The notes under the pieces: generated by a model
The model's input: the letters and a program-made list of their open reading frames with translations, nothing else
Told to the model about the DNA's origin: nothing
Database searches by the model: none
Made by a program: the position numbers and the translations under genes
In this document: positions 25,915 through 32,000 of the stretch, piece by piece
How the letters are laid out: each line of letters begins with the position of its first letter
How positions within the stretch are numbered: the stretch's first letter is position 1
Assembly (NCBI RefSeq): GCF_022138605.1
Contig: NZ_JACBFS010000001.1
Span: 847,851-879,850, forward strand
Direction: 5' to 3'
DNA length: 32,000 nt
Origin: Xanthobacter sp. NM-25
Lineage (GTDB): Bacteria > Pseudomonadota > Alphaproteobacteria > Rhizobiales > Xanthobacteraceae

Positions 25915-27702
25915 TCACACCAGCATCTTGCCCTCGTCGGTGATGGCGGCATCGAGATCCACGGCCATATCGCCCAGGATCATCTCGTTGTGGGCGCGGC
26001 CCGAGGGGATCATGGGGAAGCAGTTTTCCTGCTGGTCGACGACGCAGTCGAAGATCACCGGCCGCTTGATGGAGATCATCTCGGCAATGGCCGCATCGAG
26101 ATCCGCCGGCTTGTCGCAGCGGATGCCGACGCCGCCATAGGCTTCCGCCAGCTTCACGAAATCGGGCAGCGCCTCCGAATAGGAGTGAGAGTAACGCCCG
26201 CCGTGCAGCAGCTCCTGCCACTGGCGCACCATGCCCATGTATTTGTTGTTCAGGATGAACACCTTGACCGGCAGGTTGAACTGCATGGCGGTGGACATTT
26301 CCTGCATGTTCATCTGGATCGAGGCTTCGCCGGCGATGTCCACCACCAGCGCATCCGGGTGCGCCTTCTGGGCGCCGATGGCGGCCGGCAGGCCATAGCC
26401 CATGGTGCCGAGACCGCCGGAGGTGAGCCAGCGGTTCGGCTCATCGAAATGGCAGAACTGGGCCGCCCACATCTGGTGCTGGCCGACCTCGGTGGTGATG
26501 TAGACATCCTTGCCCTTCACCGCCGCCATCAGCCGCTCGATGGCGTACTGCGGCTTGATGATCTCGTCGGAGGCGCGATAGGCGAGGCACTGGCGGGCCC
26601 GCCAGCGGTCGATCTGCGTCCACCAGGCGGCCAGGGCCTCCTTGTCGAGCTTCAGGCCCTTGCCGGCCCAGGCGATGGCCATGGCGCCCAGCACCTTGGC
26701 CACGTCGCCGACGATGGGCAGGTCCACCTTGACGTTCTTGTTGATGGACGAGGGGTCGATGTCGATGTGGATCTTCTTGGAGCCGGGCGAAAAGGCGTCC
26801 AGCCGGCCGGTGATGCGGTCGTCGAAGCGCGCGCCGATGCACACCATGACGTCGCAATCGTGCATGGCGAGATTGGCTTCATAGGTGCCGTGCATGCCCA
26901 GCATGCCCAGCCACTGCGGGTCGCTTGCCGGGAAGGCGCCCAGCCCCATCAGGGTGGAGGTGACCGGAACGCCGGTGGTGTGGGCGAACTCGCGCAGCAG
27001 CCGGCTCGCCTCCGGGCCGGAATTGATGACGCCGCCGCCGGTGTAGAAGATCGGCTTCTTGGCGGAAGCAAGCAGCTCCACCGCGGCATTGATCTGCGCA
27101 TCCTCGGCGACGAGCTTCGGGCGGTAGGTCTTATGCTGGATGTTGTCGCGGCCGATATAGGTGCCGGTGGCGAACTGGACATCCTTGGGAATGTCCACCA
27201 CCACCGGGCCGGGACGGCCGTTCTGCGCCACGTAGAAGGCCTCGTGCAGCACGCGGGCGAGATCGTTCACGTCGCGCACCAGGTAATTGTGCTTGGTGCA
27301 CGGGCGGGTGATGCCCACCGTGTCGCATTCCTGGAAGGCGTCGTTGCCGATGAGGTGGCTCGCCACCTGGCCGGAGATGCAGACGACCGGGATCGAATCC
27401 ATCATGGCGTCGGCGAGGCCGGTGACCGCGTTGGTGGCGCCGGGGCCGGAGGTGACGAGCACCACGCCCACCTTGCCGGAAGAGCGGGCATAGCCCTCGG
27501 CGGCATGCACCGCCGCCTGCTCGTGCCGCACCAGGATGTGCTCGATGGCGTTGGTGTGGAACAGGGCATCATAGATGGGCAGGACCGCGCCACCCGGATA
27601 GCCGAAGATGTGCTCGACCCCCTGGTCGGCGAAGGCCTGGATCACCATCTCGGCGCCGGTCATCCGGGCGCCGGTCGTGTTGCCGCTCGTTGCATTCGTC
27701 AT
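25915..27702 (-). CDS. ilvI: Acetolactate synthase (AHAS) large catalytic subunit
   Basis: 595 aa. MTGAEMVIQAFADQGVEHIFGYPGGAVLPIYDAL..., the ThDP motif GGLGTMGYGLPAAIGA...DIAGEASIQMN, and FAD-binding region. Confidence 0.96.
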   Translation of the reverse strand: MTNATSGNTTGARMTGAEMVIQAFADQGVEHIFGYPGGAVLPIYDALFHTNAIEHILVRHEQAAVHAAEGYARSSGKVGVVLVTSGPGATNAVTGLADAMMDSIPVVCISGQVASHLIGNDAFQECDTVGITRPCTKHNYLVRDVNDLARVLHEAFYVAQNGRPGPVVVDIPKDVQFATGTYIGRDNIQHKTYRPKLVAEDAQINAAVELLASAKKPIFYTGGGVINSGPEASRLLREFAHTTGVPVTSTLMGLGAFPASDPQWLGMLGMHGTYEANLAMHDCDVMVCIGARFDDRITGRLDAFSPGSKKIHIDIDPSSINKNVKVDLPIVGDVAKVLGAMAIAWAGKGLKLDKEALAAWWTQIDRWRARQCLAYRASDEIIKPQYAIERLMAAVKGKDVYITTEVGQHQMWAAQFCHFDEPNRWLTSGGLGTMGYGLPAAIGAQKAHPDALVVDIAGEASIQMNMQEMSTAMQFNLPVKVFILNNKYMGMVRQWQELLHGGRYSHSYSEALPDFVKLAEAYGGVGIRCDKPADLDAAIAEMISIKRPVIFDCVVDQQENCFPMIPSGRAHNEMILGDMAVDLDAAITDEGKMLV

Positions 27703-27780
27703 GGCCTGGAACTCCCGCGGCGCCGCGGCGCCGAACCTTCAACTGATCGCTTCAAGCCGCGAACAGGATCGGACGCGGCG

Positions 27781-27819
27781 GTTCAGAAACGACGAAGGGG
27801 CCCCAAGGGCCCCATCGTC
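27781..27819 (-). terminator. Attenuator terminator in the ilvIH leader
   Basis: Minus strand: GACGATGGGGCCC-ttg-GGGCCCCTTCGTC (12 pairs plus one T.T mismatch, 27791-27819), followed by GTTTCTGAAC. It lies 27 nt after the leader-peptide stop and about 80 nt before the ilvI ATG. Confidence 0.65.
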
Positions 27820-27846
27820 ACGCGCCACGTCTCTTCGCACAGCCGC

Positions 27847-27903
27847 TCAGGCTGAGCCGATCGTGGCGCCCCCGCATACGAGAAGAATAACGAAATTGCG
27901 CAT
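27847..27903 (-). CDS. ilvIH leader peptide (18 aa, MRNFVILLVCGGATIGSA)
   Basis: ATG CGC AAT TTC GTT ATT CTT CTC GTA TGC GGG GGC GCC ACG ATC GGC TCA GCC TGA. It has five consecutive Val/Ile/Leu codons plus one more Ile. GGAAGGG lies about 14 nt upstream of the ATG and the attenuator hairpin lies downstream. In the ORF track it appears only as the last 18 codons of a spurious 296-aa ORF. Confidence 0.7.
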   Translation of the reverse strand: MRNFVILLVCGGATIGSA

Positions 27904-27933
27904 GGTCACGCAGTCCCTTCCAAAAGTTGCGCG

Positions 27934-27962
27934 AAAGTACCGACCGCGCGGGAGCCCGTCAA
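27934..27962 (-). promoter_or_regulatory. Candidate sigma-70-type promoter for the ilv leader transcript
   Basis: Minus strand: TTGACG (27962-27957), a 17-nt spacer, then TACTTT (27939-27934). This would place the transcription start about 20-25 nt before the leader ATG. Pattern match only. Confidence 0.3.
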
Positions 27963-28236
27963 GCACCGATCGCAGCGCCCTCGCCCGCCGGCCGGGCCGG
28001 CGCGGCGCGCACCCGCCGCGCGCCTTGAAAAGGCCTTTCACACCAGATACCTGCCGTGGCCATGCCGGGTGACCGAGGCGCCGGCCCGGCCGCCGGTAAT
28101 CAGCGGCGGTGCCGATCGCAGGGCACCCATGCGACCCCTTGGCAACAGTTCCGCAAGGTTCGCCGCGATATTGCCCCATGTGGATGCTGTGTATATCAAG
28201 AAGCCCGCTGGGGGCGGATAAGAGAAGGGCAGCCAG

Positions 28237-28722
28237 ATGCGGACAATGACGCTCAAGATTGCGGCGGCCGTCGTCGTGAGCGCCGTTTCGGCTTCCGCCG
28301 CGTGGGCGGACTGCCAGAGCGATGTGACCTCCCTGCGCTCGGAGCTGGAAGCCAAGGGCGCGGCCTTGCAGGCGGCGGGCAAGAAGAAGGCGGACCCGCA
28401 GACCCTGTGCCCGCTGTTCCGCTCGTTCGCGACGGCCGAGGCCAATTGGGTGAAGTTCCTGCAATCCAACAAGGATTGGTGCCAGATCCCGGACGAGGCC
28501 ATCAAGCAGGCCATCGCCAGCAACAAGAAGACCAATCAGGTGCGTGACCAGGTCTGCAAGGTGGCCGCCACCGGCATGGCGCCGGGCGGTCCGGCCACGC
28601 CGCCGCCGCAGGGCTCCATGTCCAGCGCCCTGGGCATCACCACCGGCTACAGCATCAGCAAGACGCCCAACGGCCGCAGCGGGGTGTTCGACACACTCAG
28701 CGGCAACGCGCTTCAGAAATAG
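28237..28722 (+). CDS. Secreted/periplasmic hypothetical protein with four Cys in the helical N-terminal half and a Gly/Pro/Ser-rich tail
   Basis: Signal peptide MRTMTLKIAAAVVVSAVSASAAWA|DCQ. GAGAAGGG SD. Good GC3. I recognise no family. Confidence 0.7.
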   Translation: MRTMTLKIAAAVVVSAVSASAAWADCQSDVTSLRSELEAKGAALQAAGKKKADPQTLCPLFRSFATAEANWVKFLQSNKDWCQIPDEAIKQAIASNKKTNQVRDQVCKVAATGMAPGGPATPPPQGSMSSALGITTGYSISKTPNGRSGVFDTLSGNALQK

Positions 28723-28730
28723 GCGCTGCA

Positions 28731-29696
28731 TTGACATCTCAGGAAGGCTCCCTCGGCCCGACCGTCGCCGACGCCCCGCCGAACAATTGGGTTGATCGGT
28801 ACGCCCCGGTGGGGGTGAGGCCCTATCTGCACCTGGCGCGACTCGACCGCCCCATCGGCTCCTGGCTGCTGCTGCTGCCGTGCTGGTGGTCGACGGCGCT
28901 GGCCGCGGTGGCCGCCGATGCGCCCTACCCCGACCCGGTGCTGCTGATCCTGTTCGCCATCGGCGCGGTGGCCATGCGCGGCGCCGGCTGCACCTGGAAC
29001 GACATCCTCGACCGCAAGATCGACCGCGCGGTGGCGCGCACCCGCAGCCGGCCCATCGCCAGTGGCGCGGTGAGCGTGCCCGCCGCCTTCGCGTTCCTGC
29101 TGTTTCAGGCGCTGGTGGGCCTCGCCGTGCTGCTCAGCCTGCCGCGCTTCGCGGTCATCACCGGCATCGCCTCCCTCGGCGTGGTGGCGGTCTATCCGCT
29201 CATGAAGCGCATCACCTCCGTGCCCCAGCTCACCCTCGGCATCGCCTTTTCCTGGGGCGCGCTGATGGGCTGGGCGGCGGTGTTCAGCACCATTGCCGAC
29301 CCGGCGCTGCTGCTGTTCGCCGGCGCTGTGGTGTGGGTGTTCGCCTACGACACCATCTATGCGCACCAGGATCGCGAGGACGACGCCATCGTCGGCGTGC
29401 GCTCCACCGCCCTGCTGTTCGGCCGCGGCACCGGCCTTGCGGTGGCCCTGTGCTACACGCTGGTGGTGATCCTGTTCGCGCTCGCCTTCCTGTCCGTGCC
29501 CACCGGCCTGTTCTCCATGCTGGGGCTGGTCGGCTTCGCGCTGCATCTGCGTTGGCAGGTGGCCAAGCTCGACATCGACAATCCGGCCCTGTGCCTGCGC
29601 ATTTTCAAGTCGAACCGCGACGCCGGGCTGATCCTGTTCGCCGGCCTCTGCCTCGACACGCTGGCGCCGACCGTGCTCCGCCTGCTGCTCCCCTAG
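28731..29696 (+). CDS. ubiA: 4-hydroxybenzoate polyprenyltransferase
   Basis: YLHLARLDRPIGSWLLLLPCWW...GAGCTWNDILDRKIDRAVARTRSRPIASG (first Asp-rich motif NDxxDxxxD) and YAHQDREDD (second motif). The only in-frame start upstream of these motifs is the TTG at 28731. Confidence 0.9.
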   Translation: MTSQEGSLGPTVADAPPNNWVDRYAPVGVRPYLHLARLDRPIGSWLLLLPCWWSTALAAVAADAPYPDPVLLILFAIGAVAMRGAGCTWNDILDRKIDRAVARTRSRPIASGAVSVPAAFAFLLFQALVGLAVLLSLPRFAVITGIASLGVVAVYPLMKRITSVPQLTLGIAFSWGALMGWAAVFSTIADPALLLFAGAVVWVFAYDTIYAHQDREDDAIVGVRSTALLFGRGTGLAVALCYTLVVILFALAFLSVPTGLFSMLGLVGFALHLRWQVAKLDIDNPALCLRIFKSNRDAGLILFAGLCLDTLAPTVLRLLLP

Positions 29697-29876
29697 GCAT
29701 TGCACTATAGTTAGGCAAGCCACCCAGCGCCCCGCGACAAAAAAATTTCGCGCTTTAAAATCAGCGCATTATGCGATTTCGCGAGCGATTTGCATCGCAT
29801 TTTGGAGACATTTCATCGGCCGGCGCGACGCAAGGCGCATTGCCATCGCGGCCGCCTCCTCCTATGTGGCGAAGCC

Positions 29877-30770
29877 ATGAGCGCAGACCCCAACAAAGCC
29901 GCGCCTGGCCACGGCTCGCCCGGACCGGCCGACGACCACCGCGACGATGCCCTTTTGGCCCGCCAGCTGAGCGATGCGGTGGCCGAGGCTGGCGCGCTGG
30001 CGCTCTCCATGTTCCGCTCGGGCGTGAAGGCCTGGAGCAAGGACGATCGCTCGCCGGTGACCGAGGCGGATCTCGCGGTCGACCGTTATCTGCATCAGCG
30101 CCTCACCGCCCTCGCCCCCGATTACGGCTGGCTGTCCGAGGAGACCGCCGACGCCGCGGCCCGGCTGACGCGCCGCCGGGTCTGGGTGGTGGATCCCATC
30201 GACGGCACCCGCGGCTTCATGAACGGCGCGCCCGATTGGGCGGTGTCGGTGGCGCTGGTGGAGGATGGCCGGCCGCTGCTGGCGGCGCTGTTCGCCCCCA
30301 TGCTCGAAGAAATGTTCACCGCCCGTCGCGGCGCCGGCGCTCATCGCAACGGCTCGGCGCTCACCGCCGGCCAGCGCGCCGATCTGGCGGGCGCGCGGGC
30401 CGCTGGCCCCAGCGAGGCCCTCGACCGGCTGGCCGCCGCGGCCGCCATCACCCGCATGCCGCGCGGCCATTCCCTGGCCCTGCGCCTCGCCCGGGTGGCC
30501 ACCGACGAGGTGGACGTGGCGGTCTCGCGCGCCGACAGCCACGACTGGGACCTGGCGGCCGCCGATCTGGTGGTGGAGGAGGCCCGCGGCCGCCTCACCA
30601 CCCTGGACGATGCGCCCCTCATCTATAACCGGGCCACTCCGCGTCACGCCGCCTTGGTATGCGCGGGTATCCGGCTTCACGGCCCTGCCATGGCCGCGGC
30701 CCGCAGCGGCACGGCGCCCGACGCCGCGCCACCCCTCTCTCCCGTGACCACCCATTCGGACACGCCATGA
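29877..30770 (+). CDS. Inositol monophosphatase-family protein (SuhB/CysQ-like Mg-dependent phosphatase)
   Basis: From the ATG at 29877: ...SPVTEADLAVDRYL...WLSEETAD...VWVVDPIDGTRGF...DWAVSVALVEDGRP. These are the IMPase motifs (E..D-P-I-D-G-T and W-D). Substrate specificity cannot be assigned by eye. Confidence 0.85.
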   Translation: MSADPNKAAPGHGSPGPADDHRDDALLARQLSDAVAEAGALALSMFRSGVKAWSKDDRSPVTEADLAVDRYLHQRLTALAPDYGWLSEETADAAARLTRRRVWVVDPIDGTRGFMNGAPDWAVSVALVEDGRPLLAALFAPMLEEMFTARRGAGAHRNGSALTAGQRADLAGARAAGPSEALDRLAAAAAITRMPRGHSLALRLARVATDEVDVAVSRADSHDWDLAAADLVVEEARGRLTTLDDAPLIYNRATPRHAALVCAGIRLHGPAMAAARSGTAPDAAPPLSPVTTHSDTP

Positions 30771-31018
30771 CCACCTCAACACCCTCGAAACAGCTGCCTC
30801 ACCTCGTGTTCGGCGGCGAGCTGACGGACATTCACGGCACCGACTTCAAGGACCTGTCGAAGATCGACATCGTCGGCATCTTCCCGGACTACGCCAGCGC
30901 CGCGGCGGCCTGGAAGGCGAAGTCGCAGCAGACCGTGGACAATGCCATGATGCGGTATTTCGTCGTCCACCTGCATCGCCTGCTCGATCCCGAGACCGGC
31001 AAGGCGCACGGCGAGTGA
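30767..31018 (+). CDS. DUF4170-like small protein
   Basis: 83 aa: MTTSTPSKQLPHLVFGGELTDIHGTDFKDLSKIDIVGIFPDYASAAAAWKAKSQQTVDNAMMRYFVVHLHRLLDP. This resembles the alphaproteobacterial DUF4170 consensus as I remember it. Its ATG overlaps the IMPase stop (ATGA). Confidence 0.75.
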   Translation: MTTSTPSKQLPHLVFGGELTDIHGTDFKDLSKIDIVGIFPDYASAAAAWKAKSQQTVDNAMMRYFVVHLHRLLDPETGKAHGE

Positions 31019-31058
31019 TCGGGCGCCGCGACGCGCCCCTCCGGCCCGCGTGATCTCC

Positions 31059-31100
31059 ACAGCACGGGTGGTGAAAGCCCCGCCCGTGCTGTTGTGCTTT
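31059..31100 (+). terminator. Terminator-like hairpin after the DUF4170 gene
   Basis: ACAGCACGGG-14 nt-CCCGTGCTGT (10-bp perfect stem), followed by TGTGCTTT. Confidence 0.5.
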
Positions 31101-31186
31101 GACTGCCGCGCACAAGCGGCTATGGATGGCGCGGTGCATCGCCCTCCCTGGCGGTGTGCGTCTCACGACAGCGAGCAAAAAGAACA

Positions 31187-31903
31187 ATGTGGCGGCGATT
31201 GAGGACCAACCGCGCGTTCCAGGTCGCGGCTGGGACTACCTTTGCGCAATATTTCAAGTTTGTGGCGCACACGACGCGGTTCGTGATCGAGCCGCCCGAC
31301 ATCTTCGAGACCATCGACGAGCGCATGCCGGTCATCATGACCTTCTGGCATGGACAGCACTTCCTCACGCCCTTCGCCATGAAGCCGCATCACCAGGCGA
31401 AGGTGCTCATCTCCCGCCATGCCGATGCGCAGATCAATGCCATCGCCGCCGAAAAGCTGGGCGTAGGCACCATCCGCGGCTCCGGCGCCACCTCCAGGCG
31501 CGACTTCCACCGCAAGGGTGGCGTGTCCGCCACCTATGAGATCCTGGCGACGCTGGAAGCCGGCATCAATGTGGCGATGACCGCCGATGTCCCCAAGATT
31601 GCCCGCAAGGTGGGGATGGGTGTCGTTACTATTGCACGGTATTCAGGACGGCCTATCATCCCGCTCGCCATGGCCACCGGAAACCGTATCACCTTGAAAA
31701 GCTGGGATCGGGCCAGCCTCAACCTGCCGTTCAGCCGGGGTGCGGCGGTGGTGGGCGAGCCTGTGTTCGTCGCCCGCGATGCGGATGATGCGGCGCTCGC
31801 CGCGGCGCGCGATCTGCTGCAGTCGCGGCTCGAGGCCATCACCGCGCGGGCCGAGGCGCTGGCCCGGGGCACCGCGAAGCCGGAGGGGGCTCCGCGCGTA
31901 TGA
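31187..31903 (+). CDS. DUF374 / lysophospholipid-acyltransferase-like protein, commonly found upstream of waaA in Rhizobiales
   Basis: From the ATG at 31187: MWRRLRTNRAFQVAAGTTFAQYFKFV...MPVIMTFWHGQHFLTPF...LISRHADAQINAIAAEKLGVGTIRGSG. The functional label rests on my recollection of the family. Confidence 0.7.
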   Translation: MWRRLRTNRAFQVAAGTTFAQYFKFVAHTTRFVIEPPDIFETIDERMPVIMTFWHGQHFLTPFAMKPHHQAKVLISRHADAQINAIAAEKLGVGTIRGSGATSRRDFHRKGGVSATYEILATLEAGINVAMTADVPKIARKVGMGVVTIARYSGRPIIPLAMATGNRITLKSWDRASLNLPFSRGAAVVGEPVFVARDADDAALAAARDLLQSRLEAITARAEALARGTAKPEGAPRV

Positions 31904-32000
31904 AGCGATCCCGCGCGCTGCCTGTCCCCCTCCGCCTCTACCGCGGCGCCAGCTCGGCCGCCGCGCTGCTGACCCCGGCCTGGCTGAGCTACCGCGTGCG
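31900..32000 (+). CDS. waaA: Probable 3-deoxy-D-manno-octulosonic acid (Kdo) transferase; N-terminal 33 codons only, running off the right edge
   Basis: MKRSRALPVPLRLYRGASSAAALLTPAWLSYRV... Its ATG overlaps the DUF374 stop (ATGA). The hydrophobic N-terminal anchor and the synteny are typical of KdtA/WaaA, but the fragment is too short to be sure. Confidence 0.45.
   Translation, partial: MKRSRALPVPLRLYRGASSAAALLTPAWLSYRV

Noticed and set aside
25891-27855. 654-aa plus-strand ORF
   Set aside because: Antisense shadow of ilvI (AHAS large subunit), with no recognisable domains.
27904-28737. The upstream 278 codons of the 296-aa minus-strand ORF 27847..28737
   Set aside because: Only the last 18 codons (from the internal ATG at 27903) make biological sense, as the ilv leader peptide. 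The rest is Arg/Gly/Ala-rich, overlaps the plus-strand secreted-protein gene in antisense, and spans the divergent promoter region.
28713-30782. Minus-strand ORFs 28713..29723 (336 aa) and 29862..30782 (306 aa), and the plus-strand 24098..25216 ORF elsewhere
   Set aside because: They are antisense to ubiA, the IMPase-family gene and ilvC respectively. The sense strands carry diagnostic motifs, and the shadows are Gly/Arg/His/Gln-rich.

Overview
This is a high-GC chromosomal segment, roughly two-thirds G+C by eye. Gene content and order look like an alphaproteobacterium of the Hyphomicrobiales/Rhizobiales, possibly Xanthobacteraceae-like; this placement is inference only.

I can support 31 protein-coding genes plus one leader peptide, almost all housekeeping. 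In window order they are:
- an MFP-RND-TetR efflux locus
- murJ
- a Uma2-type nuclease
- a DegT aminotransferase / Gfo-Idh-MocA oxidoreductase pair (GnnB/GnnA- or WbpE/WbpB-like)
- panD
- two tandem Omp25/Omp31-type beta-barrel outer membrane proteins
- uvrC-pgsA-moaD-moaE
- an orphan 181-aa gene
- a DHA2-type MFS transporter
- ppx/gppA-rlmE
- a transaldolase-family gene
- a 119-aa orphan
- flavodoxin plus a small partner gene
- ilvI-ilvH-ilvC
- a secreted Cys-containing protein
- ubiA
- an IMPase-family gene
- DUF4170, a DUF374-like gene and the start of waaA

I saw no rRNA, tRNA, CRISPR array, IS element, integrase or phage gene. The many long ORFs antisense to these genes are high-GC artefacts.

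I do not see a convincing new multi-gene system. The signals most worth a second look are cis-acting or small:
1. An unannotated Val/Ile/Leu-rich leader peptide with an attenuator upstream of ilvI.
2. An intrinsic terminator only 25 nt before the flavodoxin start codon, at the end of an AT-rich leader. This has attenuator or riboswitch-like architecture with no recognisable known aptamer.
3. A low-GC island in the 700-bp omp-uvrC spacer.
4. A hairpin-rich AT-rich leader before the IMPase homologue.
5. A perfect 20-bp palindrome in front of the TetR gene.
6. Two orphan proteins (181 aa and 119 aa).

All coordinates were refined by hand from the sequence. Functions are assigned from motifs I recognise, not from database searches.
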